A DNA stretch of 64,000 nucleotides from an uncultured Pelagibacteraceae bacterium (GTDB lineage: Bacteria; Pseudomonadota; Alphaproteobacteria; Pelagibacterales; Pelagibacteraceae), in NCBI GenBank assembly GCA_902616675.1, contig CACMTV010000004.1, positions 5,133 through 69,132 on the forward strand. Reading direction: 5' to 3'. The notes below the pieces were generated by a model that searched no databases, was not told the DNA's origin, and saw only the letters and a program-made list of their open reading frames with translations. Positions 49,890 through 64,000 of the stretch are shown here, piece by piece (the first letter of the stretch is position 1; each line of letters starts with the position of its first letter). The position numbers were made by a program, and so were the translations under genes.

Positions 49890-50775
49890 TTAATTTCCTG
49901 TTTGATAAATAAATGCCTGACAAAATAAATGAGGCACCTATAAAGTGGTATAATTCAAGTTTTTCTCTAAATATTATAATTGCTAATATAGCACTCAGTA
50001 ATGGCATTAATTGAACAAACATTGTTGCTCGATTTGGTCCGACTATCTCCACACCTTTCTGCCAGCAATAATAAGCTGCTAACGCGGGGAAAATAACAAC
50101 ATAAAAAAGGATAACGAAAAACGCTTTATTGAAATTTACTTCTAGACCGATTGATCTTTCATAAAAAAATTGTGGAATTAAAAATATTACTCCAACCGTG
50201 ACCATTAATTGTATCAAAGTGAATTGAGAAAATTTAAAACTATGTTTTTTAAGTAATGTTGAATAAATTGACCAAGAGAGAACACAAACCAACATCCATA
50301 TATCCCCTTTATTAAAGCTTAAAGATAGGATTCTGTTTAGGTCAGCATTTGAAATAATTGCGCTAATTCCTATAATTGATAATAGTAATCCAATTAATTG
50401 AAAAATATTTGTTTTGTCTACCTTCATCAAAGATGAAATTATTATTGTTACTGCCGGAATAGCAGCAAGAACTAATACTGCGTTTATTACTTGGGTATAG
50501 TTCAGTGCAAAATATACTACAGAGTTAAATGTGCTTATAGTAATAACTCCCATAAAACTTATTACTATCCAATTTTTTTTAATGTAATTAAAATTGTTTA
50601 AAATTTCTTTATAAGTAAATGGAATTAAAATTATCCAAACTGAAACCCACCTTAAAAAATTTAGAGTTAATGGAGGTACTTCAAATAGGTAGGCAAATTT
50701 ACCTACGATAAAATTGCCTGACCAACATAATGTCGCAAACACAAGTAGTGAATATGCTAAGTAATTTTTTGACAA
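49882..50775 (-). CDS. DMT/EamA family transporter
   Basis: LCWSGNFIVGK and FREKLELYH motifs; about 10 TM segments. Confidence 0.9.
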   Translation of the reverse strand: MSKNYLAYSLLVFATLCWSGNFIVGKFAYLFEVPPLTLNFLRWVSVWIILIPFTYKEILNNFNYIKKNWIVISFMGVITISTFNSVVYFALNYTQVINAVLVLAAIPAVTIIISSLMKVDKTNIFQLIGLLLSIIGISAIISNADLNRILSLSFNKGDIWMLVCVLSWSIYSTLLKKHSFKFSQFTLIQLMVTVGVIFLIPQFFYERSIGLEVNFNKAFFVILFYVVIFPALAAYYCWQKGVEIVGPNRATMFVQLMPLLSAILAIIIFREKLELYHFIGASFILSGIYLSNRKLNA

Positions 50776-50783
50776 TTTAATCC

Positions 50784-52031
50784 TTAGTTAAATCTCGCAG
50801 AACTATAAGGAGATAAATCTAAGTTGGTTTTCTCCTCATTAACTATTCCAGAAACAATCTTTCCAGTTATTGCTCCTAGAGTCCACCCTAAATGATGGTG
50901 TCCAAAAGCGTAGATAATATTTCTATTTTTTAGTGAAGGTCCTATTACGGGTAAAAAATCTGGAAGAGTTGGTCTAAAACCTAACCACTCGTCCTGAAAA
51001 TCACCAAGTTGTGGTAATAATTCTTTCGCGCACTTATCTATATAATCAATCCTTTTTTTTGAAATTGGATTGTCAAATCCACCCAGTTCAACTGTTCCTA
51101 CTGCTCTTAAACCTTGATTCATTGGAGTCATTCCAAAGCCTCTATCAAGAAATATTACTGGTCTTTTTAAAAGGTGATCCATTTTTTTATAGTGAACATG
51201 ATATCCTCGTTCAGTATCCAAAGGAATTTTTTCTCCTAACTGATCGGTAAGTTTTTTTGAAAATGCACCACAAGCTAAAACAATTTTTTCAAACTTAAAT
51301 TTTTCTGAATTTGTTTTTACTTGTGTTTGATTATACCTTGTTTGCTCTACATTTATAACTTCTTCTTTTTTAAATTGCCCACCAGATTTTAAGAAAAGTT
51401 CAAAAAGTTTCTTTGTTATCTCCTTAGGATCTCTTGCATGGTAAGCATAGTCATAAATAACACCGGCATCAAAAACAGGGCTGAGATTTGGCTCTAACTC
51501 TAAAACTTGCTCTCTGTTTAAAAGTCTCTGCTTAATACCAAGATCATTTCTAATTTTAATTTCCATCTCTCTACTTTTAATATTTTTATTGGTCCAAATA
51601 TAAATTATTCCTTTTCTCTCTACTAAATTTGTCGTATCTATCTCGCTTAAAATTTCATCATAAGCATCAAGAGATAAATCTAAAATTTGATGCATGTATT
51701 TGGTAGTGTGCATCATTGATTTTTTTGTTGATGATTTTAAATATTTTAAAATCCATGGGATCATCTTAGGAATATAATTCCATTTTAAAGCTAAAGGACC
51801 ATACGAACTTAGCAGCATTTTTGGAATGTCATAAATAACATCTGGTCTATTCAACTGAACAACAGCATATGGGGAGAAATGACCTGCGTTGCCATACGAA
51901 CTCATACTGCCTGGATCGTTTTTATCAAATATAGTAACTGGAATTCCTTTTTTTACTAGTTGCAACCCAATACAAACCCCCTGAATTCCTGCGCCTATTA
52001 TACCTACTGAATTACATTTATAATTACTCAT
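50784..52031 (-). CDS. FAD-dependent D-amino acid dehydrogenase family protein (DadA-like)
   Basis: GAGIQG, SYGNAG, ERGYH, WLGFRPTLPDFLPVIG and AFGHHHLGWT motifs. Confidence 0.85.
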   Translation of the reverse strand: MSNYKCNSVGIIGAGIQGVCIGLQLVKKGIPVTIFDKNDPGSMSSYGNAGHFSPYAVVQLNRPDVIYDIPKMLLSSYGPLALKWNYIPKMIPWILKYLKSSTKKSMMHTTKYMHQILDLSLDAYDEILSEIDTTNLVERKGIIYIWTNKNIKSREMEIKIRNDLGIKQRLLNREQVLELEPNLSPVFDAGVIYDYAYHARDPKEITKKLFELFLKSGGQFKKEEVINVEQTRYNQTQVKTNSEKFKFEKIVLACGAFSKKLTDQLGEKIPLDTERGYHVHYKKMDHLLKRPVIFLDRGFGMTPMNQGLRAVGTVELGGFDNPISKKRIDYIDKCAKELLPQLGDFQDEWLGFRPTLPDFLPVIGPSLKNRNIIYAFGHHHLGWTLGAITGKIVSGIVNEEKTNLDLSPYSSARFN

Positions 52032-52076
52032 GTAATAAATATAGATTAAATTTTGATTTTTTTATAGTGCGATAGA

Positions 52077-52532
52077 TTAGACTAGAGCTTCGCTCTCTTT
52101 ATTCACATTTGCTTCAGGTTTACCGTTCTTTTTTGTCTTCTTTTCTTCTTTTGATTTTGAAAATAAGAAATCTCCGGTAATTTTACTTTTTGAAACTGTT
52201 TTTTTAATGAAGCCCTCTATATCTGCACCATTTTCTGTTCTCAAATTTTGAGAGAATTCGATATCGCCTTTAACTACTCCTGAAGAACCTATTACTACGT
52301 TATCTGCAGAAACTTTTCCGTCAAGATGGCCATGAATTTCTACTGTCTCGGCCTCTACTCCACCCGAAATTGAACCTGTTTCTTTTATTACGATCTCTTT
52401 TGAGTATACAGGGCCTTTAACTAAGCCAGCAACATCGATTGCTCCTGAGCTATTTACAGTACCATCAATACTTACTGTTTCACTTATTAGAGATCTTTCA
52501 GTGTCTTTTAACGATTTTTTATCACCAAACAT
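52077..52532 (-). CDS. Bactofilin (polymer-forming cytoskeletal protein)
   Basis: Beta-helix repeats (IDGTV, VAGLVKG, GSISGGV, IHGHLDGKV, GVVKGDI, GADIEG); N-terminal MFG-K peptide. Confidence 0.88.
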   Translation of the reverse strand: MFGDKKSLKDTERSLISETVSIDGTVNSSGAIDVAGLVKGPVYSKEIVIKETGSISGGVEAETVEIHGHLDGKVSADNVVIGSSGVVKGDIEFSQNLRTENGADIEGFIKKTVSKSKITGDFLFSKSKEEKKTKKNGKPEANVNKESEALV

Positions 52533-52627
52533 AATTTTATAATTAAAATTAGATCATCTAAACATTAGTAAAGCAAGCACTAATTTTTTTAAATTAGGTT
52601 CATTTTGGTCCAATTGCATTAATTTTT

Positions 52628-53752
52628 TTAATTAACTGGGGTGTCCTTGTAGATTCGACAAGACATGGCTATACCAAGGCCTAACATTATCGCCATCATT
52701 GAGGAACCTCCATAAGACATAATTGGTAATGGAGCACCTACTATTGGTAAAAGTCCTAAAACCATGCCCATATTTACAGCGACATATATAAAGAAAGCAG
52801 TGGCAAAGCTGTAACAATAAAGCTTTCCAAAACTACTTCTAGTCATATCTCCAATATTAATTAATCTCAATATGATCACGCTATAAAGGATCAAAATGAA
52901 TAAAGAGCCAACAAAACCAAATTCCTCAGAAAATAAGGTAAATATAAAATCTGTGTGTTTTTCAGGGAGATAATCTAAATAACTTTGGGATCCATTTAAG
53001 AATCCTTTTCCAAAAAGACCGCCTGATCCAATTGCAATTTTTGATTGTATTATTTGGTATCCTGCACCAAGAGGGTCTCTGTCAGGATTTAAAAAAGTTA
53101 AAATTCTTGACTTCTGATACGGTTTTAAAAATGCAATGGCTATGGGAGTTAGTGAGATAAATAATATTGAGGCATAGGCGAAGAATTTAACACGAACCCC
53201 TGCTAACCATGAAACTGTTACACCTCCTAAGGCTATAAGTATTGATGTTCCTAAATCTGGTTGAGCTACAACTAATAAGACTGGCGCAACTAAAGCAACC
53301 ACTGGAAGGAATAAAAATTTAATTTTATTTACATCTTGAGTAGATATACGGTGATAATATTTAGCCAAAAATAGAATTAAACCAATCTTCATTAGTTCTG
53401 AAGGCTGGAGATTCATAAAATAAAAATTTAGCCATCTTTGTGAACCAGAAGATGTAAGACCAAAATATTTAACACCTAAAAGTAAAATAAAAAATGCTAT
53501 ATATAAAAGTGAACTGGTTTGATACCAAAATCTTATTTGGAATAATGAAATAATCAAAAACATTAGAAAAAAAATTCCAAATCTTAAAATATGACTCTTT
53601 GTATGATAGTCAAATTTTCCTCCATCAGTCGAATACATGGCAAACATACTTACAATTCCTAATAACAAAATTGATAAAAGCAAAATATAATCCATAGACA
53701 AAATCTTATCTCTGAATGTCATAGTTGATTGAATTGATCTTGGTTGAAACAT
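52628..53752 (-). CDS. rodA: Rod shape-determining protein RodA
   Basis: GSQRW, LQPSELMK, QPDLGT, GYQIIQSKIAIGSGG, PEKHTDFIF and SYGGSS motifs. Confidence 0.97.
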   Translation of the reverse strand: MFQPRSIQSTMTFRDKILSMDYILLLSILLLGIVSMFAMYSTDGGKFDYHTKSHILRFGIFFLMFLIISLFQIRFWYQTSSLLYIAFFILLLGVKYFGLTSSGSQRWLNFYFMNLQPSELMKIGLILFLAKYYHRISTQDVNKIKFLFLPVVALVAPVLLVVAQPDLGTSILIALGGVTVSWLAGVRVKFFAYASILFISLTPIAIAFLKPYQKSRILTFLNPDRDPLGAGYQIIQSKIAIGSGGLFGKGFLNGSQSYLDYLPEKHTDFIFTLFSEEFGFVGSLFILILYSVIILRLINIGDMTRSSFGKLYCYSFATAFFIYVAVNMGMVLGLLPIVGAPLPIMSYGGSSMMAIMLGLGIAMSCRIYKDTPVN

Positions 53753-55686
53753 TATATTTCTTCTCCGGTTAAATTCTGCACTTGCTCTCTCATCTGATCC
53801 CTCTCTAAAACTTTTTTAATTACCTTTTTTGCAATAGGAGCTGCTGAACCACTTCCAGTTCCTCCATGCTCGACTACAACGCTAATAGCATATTTTGGAT
53901 CTTTATAAGGTGCAAACGCTACAAAGAGAGCATGGTCTCGATCTTTATAATCTATATCTTTTTGTTTTATTTCTAATTCTCTTTGTAATTCTGTGAATCT
54001 TTTAATTTGAGAAGATCCAGTTTTGCCTGCAAACATAAATTTTTGATCATTATACCTTGATCTAAATGATGTTCCCCCTGCTTCATTGGTTGCTGCAAAC
54101 ATTGCATCTTTAACAAAATTAATATTTTCTTGATTTCTAAACAACGGATTAAGATCAAAATTTGAAACTAACATATCAATTGGTAAAGGTTCATTTGGAT
54201 TTTCGTTTTTAAATTTAATATATTCACGTAAATTATTTTTACTATCATTTACTAAAACTCTAGGCTTTATTTCAAATCCGCCATTAGCAATTTGAGCGGT
54301 CATTAAACATAGCTGCAGAGGTGTGCTCTGAAAATATCCTTGTCCAATTCCAGAATGTAGTGTTTCTCCTAGGTACCAGTTTTTTCCTATAAATTTTCTT
54401 TTCCATGCAGTACTTGGAACTACGCCGGCTCTCTCTTCAATAAACCCCTCAAGAACTTTTTTTCCCAAACCAAATTTTTTTGCTGTCTCGGACAACCTAT
54501 CTACACCAAGTAATCTTGCTACTTCATAAAAATAAACGTCACAAGATCTTTGTATTGCTGACCTCAAGTTCATTGGGCCATGGCCTTTTTTTTTCCAGCA
54601 GTGAAACTTTTCTCCATAAAGTTCTGTTACACCTGTACAATTCAAATATTTTTTCGGATTCCATATACCATTTTCCAAAGCACTAAGAGCAACAATTATT
54701 TTAATAGTTGAACCTGGAGGATACAGTCCTGCAATAGCTTTATTATTTAGAGGTTTTTTGTCATTTGTAATTAATTCATTCCAATATTTTTTATCAATTC
54801 CATGAACAAAAGAGTTTGGATCATAGCTAGGAGATGAAACCATCGTAATAATATCACCATTATAAATGTCCATAACACAAACTGATGCAGCTTTATCCTC
54901 TAATACTTCAGAAGTAAACTTCTGCACATCTAAATCAATTGTAGTTCGGTAGTTTTTTCCTGTTTCACCTGGATCAATTTGTATTTGCTTAATTCTTTTT
55001 CCAAAAGCATTTACTTCATAACGTTGAAATCCAACTTTTCCTATAATATCTTTATCTAGCTTGTTTTCTAATCCAGTTTTACCAACTGCAATTCCAACTG
55101 ACATATCTTTTAAATATTGTTTATTCTGAAGATCTTTTTGACTTACTTGAGATACATAACCAACTAAATGGGCCGTAGATTGATCTGGGTATTGTCTGGC
55201 AACTGATACAAGAGGTTCAACCCCGGGCAGTTCATGAAGAAACAGGTTTATTCGAGAAAATTCTGACCAGGTAAGGTTATCTGAAACTATTATTGGCTCC
55301 CATGGTTTCTGTTTAGCAATTTTCTTTTTTAAATAAAATATTCTTTTATCAGAAAGGTTTAAAATTGTTTTAAGTCTAAAAAAAAGTGTTTCTAAATTAG
55401 GAGAATTTTCCGGAGTAATGTGTAATTGATAAACTTTTTCATTTGAGGCAATTTCTTTATCAAAATAATCTCTTATCACTCCCCTTTGAGGGGCTAACTT
55501 CCATTCTCTAAAACGGTTTTTATCAGATAGTGTTTTATACTTTGTAGCTTCATTTATTTGTAAAGAAACTAATCTTCCAAATATTCCACAAAAAACAATT
55601 GTTTTAGCTGCAGTCAAAACAAACATTCTCCTACTAATTAATTTAGATTTGATGACAGTATTTCCAGATCCAAAATTAATCATCAT
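53752..55686 (-). CDS. mrdA: Penicillin-binding protein 2
   Basis: YPPGSTIK (SxxK), SCDVYFY and AGKTG motifs; located in the mre cluster. Confidence 0.96.
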   Translation of the reverse strand: MMINFGSGNTVIKSKLISRRMFVLTAAKTIVFCGIFGRLVSLQINEATKYKTLSDKNRFREWKLAPQRGVIRDYFDKEIASNEKVYQLHITPENSPNLETLFFRLKTILNLSDKRIFYLKKKIAKQKPWEPIIVSDNLTWSEFSRINLFLHELPGVEPLVSVARQYPDQSTAHLVGYVSQVSQKDLQNKQYLKDMSVGIAVGKTGLENKLDKDIIGKVGFQRYEVNAFGKRIKQIQIDPGETGKNYRTTIDLDVQKFTSEVLEDKAASVCVMDIYNGDIITMVSSPSYDPNSFVHGIDKKYWNELITNDKKPLNNKAIAGLYPPGSTIKIIVALSALENGIWNPKKYLNCTGVTELYGEKFHCWKKKGHGPMNLRSAIQRSCDVYFYEVARLLGVDRLSETAKKFGLGKKVLEGFIEERAGVVPSTAWKRKFIGKNWYLGETLHSGIGQGYFQSTPLQLCLMTAQIANGGFEIKPRVLVNDSKNNLREYIKFKNENPNEPLPIDMLVSNFDLNPLFRNQENINFVKDAMFAATNEAGGTSFRSRYNDQKFMFAGKTGSSQIKRFTELQRELEIKQKDIDYKDRDHALFVAFAPYKDPKYAISVVVEHGGTGSGSAAPIAKKVIKKVLERDQMREQVQNLTGEEI

Positions 55687-56194
55687 TCCTCAAAATCATT
55701 ATTCTTTGGTAAAAATTAAAAATTGTCCAAATAAATGGATAAAACAAAAAGGTAAAAAATGCATTGTAAGACACGTCTACATAAGATATTTGCAAATTAG
55801 TAAAGTTTAAAATCAAAACTAAATAAACTAAGTTTGAAAAAAATATAGCTAATAAGAAAGTAAACCAATCAGTAAACAGTGATATATTTACTGTAACTTG
55901 TCGAATATATGATGCTACTAAAGAAACTGTTAAGTAAGATATTGAACTAATGCCCAACGGTAAACCCATTACAACATCATTTAAAATGCCTGCAAAAAAT
56001 ATGTGTCCATTACCTAAAACACTAGAATTTTTTAACATCCAATAATAAATTATTATAATTTGAAGATTAAAGGATAAAATTTCGAACATATTGCTGAAAT
56101 GAGTATCGATTTCACTAATTGATAAATAGTACAAAATCAATAATGGTAATATATTAACAACACTTGCTCTAAAATTTTTATAAATAATAGCCAT
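55676..56194 (-). CDS. mreD: Rod shape-determining protein MreD
   Basis: Hydrophobic, GILNDVVMGLPLG motif; between mreC and mrdA. Confidence 0.85.
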   Translation of the reverse strand: MAIIYKNFRASVVNILPLLILYYLSISEIDTHFSNMFEILSFNLQIIIIYYWMLKNSSVLGNGHIFFAGILNDVVMGLPLGISSISYLTVSLVASYIRQVTVNISLFTDWFTFLLAIFFSNLVYLVLILNFTNLQISYVDVSYNAFFTFLFYPFIWTIFNFYQRIMILRNDD

Positions 56195-57045
56195 TAAAAA
56201 TTATCCTTATTTAAATTGATTAATTGAACTGTTACAAAAGATAATTGATTAGGATCAGAAAATAATCTCACTTGAACATTAAGTTCATCCATTTCGGTCT
56301 TACCTACCGGTATACCTGGAAGAAAAACTCCATCCTTACCTGATGTAAAAACTGTTTGATTACCGTATGGTTCGTAAAGCTCTGGTAAATATTCTAAAAC
56401 AGGTTTTGTTTCACCTTTACCAGATAGAATTGCTTGGATCGATTCTTTTCCAAAAGTAATTGGTATTCTGCTATTTAGATCATTTAAAAGAAGCACTCTC
56501 GAAGACAAGTAATTAACTTCAACTATCTTACCTACTAAATAATTCCCATCAACAACTGGCATTCCTTTAATAATTCCAGATTTTGATCCTCTATTAATAA
56601 CGATGGATTTAAGATAAGGACTGTCTTTATCAATAAGGACTTTTGCTAATATACTTTTGCCTTTAATTTTGACATCTGACTCTAATATTTTCCTCAAACT
56701 GTCATTTTGATTTTTAAGAAATTCAACTTGAAATTCTTTATTTTTTAATTTTTCAAGCTCAACTTTTAATTCTTTATTTTGTTTTAGGGCAAAAGTTGTT
56801 TCTGTAATTTTATTATTAATTATCGGTAGAAACCTTAAAGGTGCTGTAGAGATATTTGTTAAACGATAAATTCCATCATTAATTAATATTTTAGTAAATT
56901 TAATAACCTTAAATTGATAAGTATCTAATAAAAAAATTATCGTAGCTATAATTAAAAGAAAGACTAAAGAAAATTTTTGTTTAGCTCCTTTTTTTAAAAG
57001 AGCTGATCTTATAGCTATTCCGAAATCATCTCTGCTTGAGGACAT
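56194..57045 (-). CDS. mreC: Rod shape-determining protein MreC
   Basis: Coiled coil plus SRVLLLNDLNSRIP and TSGKDGVFLPGIPVG motifs. Confidence 0.93.
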   Translation of the reverse strand: MSSSRDDFGIAIRSALLKKGAKQKFSLVFLLIIATIIFLLDTYQFKVIKFTKILINDGIYRLTNISTAPLRFLPIINNKITETTFALKQNKELKVELEKLKNKEFQVEFLKNQNDSLRKILESDVKIKGKSILAKVLIDKDSPYLKSIVINRGSKSGIIKGMPVVDGNYLVGKIVEVNYLSSRVLLLNDLNSRIPITFGKESIQAILSGKGETKPVLEYLPELYEPYGNQTVFTSGKDGVFLPGIPVGKTEMDELNVQVRLFSDPNQLSFVTVQLINLNKDNF

Positions 57046-57060
57046 TTTTTTCTTTGTCCA

Positions 57061-59677
<2,617 letters not shown>

Positions 59678-59758
59678 AAACTGAAAAACATATTACAAGC
59701 AAAACGAGAATATGCAAATACTTATAGTTAAATCTTTGGAAATTTAGTTCAGATTGGG

Positions 59759-61328
<1,570 letters not shown>

Positions 61329-61329
<1 letters not shown>

Positions 61330-63095
61330 TAAACTAAAATCTTTCCTTCGTCAGAAATTTCTTCCTCTTCTTCAGGTCCTAAAATCATTTGATTATGTGG
61401 TTTACCAGAAGGTATCATTGGAAAACAATTTTCAGCTTTATCAACCAAACAATCGAAAATTACTGGTCTGTCTATATTAACCATCTCTTTTATCTTTTCG
61501 TCCAGCTCATCAGGAGTTTTTGCTCTCATTCCAACGCATCCATATGACTCAGCAAGTTTTACAAAGTCAGGTAGTGCAGCGGTATAACTTTCAGAATAGT
61601 TTTTTTCATGCAACAATTCTTGCCATTGTCTGACCATTCCCATGTATTCGTTGTTTAAAATGAATATTTTAATTGGCAACTTATATTGTACTGCTGTAGA
61701 CATTTCTTGCATCGTCATTAAAACTGAAGCTTCCCCAGCTATATCTACTACTAATTTGTCAGGATTGGCTATTTGAACACCAATTGCGGCTGGTAAACCA
61801 TAGCCCATAGTACCTAATCCTCCAGAGGTCATCCATCTGTTAGGTTTATTGAACTTATAATGTTGTGCAGCCCACATCTGATGTTGACCAACCTCAGTTG
61901 TAACAAATGTGTCTTTGTCTTTTGTTAACTCATATAGTCTTTGAACTGCGTGTTGTGGTTTAATTATTTTGTTACTATTAATAAAGTTAAGAGACTTTTT
62001 TTCTCTCCATTTTTCAATTGTGCTCCACCATTTCGATGTTTTCTGTTTATTAGAGCTTAAAAAATTTTTATTTTTTTCTTTAAATCGTTTTATTAATGAT
62101 TTTAAAAACTCAGAAACATCACTCACAATCGCTAAGTCAACTTTTATATTTTTTCCTATAGAGGATGGATCAATATCAACGTGTATTTTCTTTGACCCAG
62201 GAGAAAACTCATCAACCTTGCCTGTAATCCTGTCATCAAATCTTGCACCAATGTTAATCATTAAATCACAATCGTGCATGGCGTTATTAGCTTCAAATGT
62301 TCCATGCATACCTAACATTCCTAAAAATTGCGGATCATCTCCAGGGTAAGCACCTAATCCTTGCAATGTTGAAGTGATTGGGAATCCAGTTAAAGAAACT
62401 AATTCTCTCAAGTATTCGCTGGCTTGAGGCCCAGAATTAATTACTCCTCCCCCAGTATAAAAAATTGGTTTTGAGGATTTTTTTAATAAGTCAATAAATT
62501 TATCTAATTCATTGTTTGAAATTTTATGTGTAGCTCTGCCATTAAGTTTTTTCTTAAGAGTACTTTTAGAAAAACTATATTTCCCTTTTTTGAATTGAAT
62601 GTCTTTTGGAATATCAACTAATACCGGACCGGGTCTCCCCGTTGTGGCTACCTCAAAAGCTAAATGTAAAACTCTTGCAAGATCATTAACATCTTTAACC
62701 AACCAATTATGTTTTGTGCAAGGACGAGTAATGCCAGTCGTATCACATTCTTGAAAGGCATCTGTGCCAATTAAATGTGTTGGTACTTGTCCTGAGATAC
62801 AAACTAAAGGGACCGAGTCCATATAAGCATCTGTTAAAGCTGTAACAGCATTAGTTGCGCCAGGACCAGAGGTAACTAGCAAGATGCCTGGTTTACCACT
62901 TGATCTAGCATAGCCTTCAGCAGCATGTCCTGCACCTTGTTCATGTCTCGCTAAAATATGTTTAATTGATTTATGATTTTTCAGTTCATCATAAATTGGA
63001 AGAACAGCCCCGCCAGGATAACCAAAAATATAATCAACTTTTTGATCCTCTAAGGCTTTAAAAACAATTTCTGCACCAGTAAATAATTTAGGCAT
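61329..63095 (-). CDS. ilvB: Acetolactate synthase large subunit
   Basis: FGYPGGAVLPIYD, RHEQGAGHAAEGYAR, GARFDDR and TSGGLGTMGYGLP motifs. Confidence 0.96.
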
Positions 63096-63101
63096 TTATA
63101 C

Positions 63102-63129
63102 AATCTACCGGAGAATCTCTTTTGGTCAA
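63102..63129 (-). promoter_or_regulatory. Putative leaderless promoter of ilvB
   Basis: TTGACC-N16-TAGATT-N6-ATG; no SD. Confidence 0.5.
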
Positions 63130-63132
63130 GTT

Positions 63133-64000
63133 TTAGCTAACAAGATTTAAAATTTTTTTTAAAAGAATAGAAGAATTACTTGAATATATCATATGCCAAT
63201 CACTCATATGAGCTCTAGACCAAGTTTTTTGTCTTTTAGCATATTGTCTCGTTTTAATGTTCATTAGTTCTATGAGTTTTTTTTGGTCTAAATCTCCGCT
63301 CAAAAATCTTTGAATTTCTTGGACTCCAATTATCTTATTGGGTGATAATGTTTTTTTTAGCCTTTTTTTCTTAAACTCTATGACTTCATTAATACACTTT
63401 TTTTCAATCATAGATTTAGTCCTCAACTCAATATTTTTTAGTAGTTGGTTTTTTGGTGTATTAATAAAAAATTTATCAAATGCGTAATTTTTAAATAATG
63501 TTTTTGTTTTTTTTGCCCACTCGTAAATTGATTTTTTTGTAAATTTTTTAACCTCATATGCTCTAAGTGTTCTTTGAGTGTCAGATGGTGAAATTTTTTT
63601 TTTTGAAATAGGGTCTAGTTTAATTAATTTCTTGTAAAATTCTCTCTGACCTACTTTTTTATGAAGTTTCCTTATGCTATTTCTATCAGAAAATTTAATA
63701 TTTGGTATTTTGCTTATACCATCAGTTATTGCCTTAAAATATAGACCAGTTCCCCCTACCAGTATTGGAACTTTATTTTTTTTGACTATTTGATTAATTT
63801 TATCTGAAGCAAGTTTAAGCCATTTTCCTGTAGAAAAAACAGCTCCAGAAGATTGAAATCCATATAAATGATGTTTTGCTAATCTTAATTCATTTTTACT
63901 TGGTCTAGACGATAAAATTTGAAAATCTTTATATACTTGCATACTGTCTGCATTAATAATTTCGCCGTTAATTCTTTTTGCTAATTTGATTGCTATTTTT
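63133..64000 (-). CDS. miaA: tRNA dimethylallyltransferase (5' end outside window)
   Basis: Frame is open to the window edge (KIAIKLAKRINGEIINADSMQVY); VGGTGLY and TRQYAKRQKTW motifs. Confidence 0.95.
   Translation of the reverse strand, partial: KIAIKLAKRINGEIINADSMQVYKDFQILSSRPSKNELRLAKHHLYGFQSSGAVFSTGKWLKLASDKINQIVKKNKVPILVGGTGLYFKAITDGISKIPNIKFSDRNSIRKLHKKVGQREFYKKLIKLDPISKKKISPSDTQRTLRAYEVKKFTKKSIYEWAKKTKTLFKNYAFDKFFINTPKNQLLKNIELRTKSMIEKKCINEVIEFKKKRLKKTLSPNKIIGVQEIQRFLSGDLDQKKLIELMNIKTRQYAKRQKTWSRAHMSDWHMIYSSNSSILLKKILNLVS

Noticed and set aside
59678-59758. Possible leucine attenuator upstream of leuA
   Set aside because: No Leu-rich leader ORF or terminator hairpin visible

Overview
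AT-rich (about 30% GC by eye), very gene-dense alphaproteobacterial chromosome segment. Gene content, minimal spacers and riboswitch repertoire point to SAR11/Pelagibacterales (inference). Left to right: partial gcvT under a tandem glycine riboswitch; EamA, MATE, TerC and renalase-like genes; an outer-membrane beta-barrel; prpD-acnA; a small block of lysE, cytochrome c', DUF411/CopG-like and cytochrome b561 genes, two of them broken by +1 homopolymer frameshifts; csaA; two Liv-type ABC systems; a TctABC transporter with csiD (glutarate hydroxylase) and azlCD; redox/sulfur genes (grxC, ccdA, msrB, cysE); metY under a tandem SAM-II/terminator/SAM-V riboswitch; dimethylglycine-dehydrogenase-like gene with etfBA and ETF-QO; sarcosine oxidase soxBDAG; a dadA-like/DMT/2-hydroxyacid dehydrogenase unit; bactofilin; rodA-mrdA-mreDCB; leuA, ilvC, ilvN, ilvB; partial miaA. 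I found no tRNA, rRNA, CRISPR array, transposase or phage gene. Most of the window is core metabolism, and I cannot demonstrate a wholly new system. The best leads are the cyt b561/CopG-like/cyt c' module, an identical 19-nt (TTAA)4 leader in front of two substrate-binding-protein genes, the two-tier SAM riboswitch with a visible antiterminator, the csiD transport cluster without lhgO, and bidirectional leaderless promoters.
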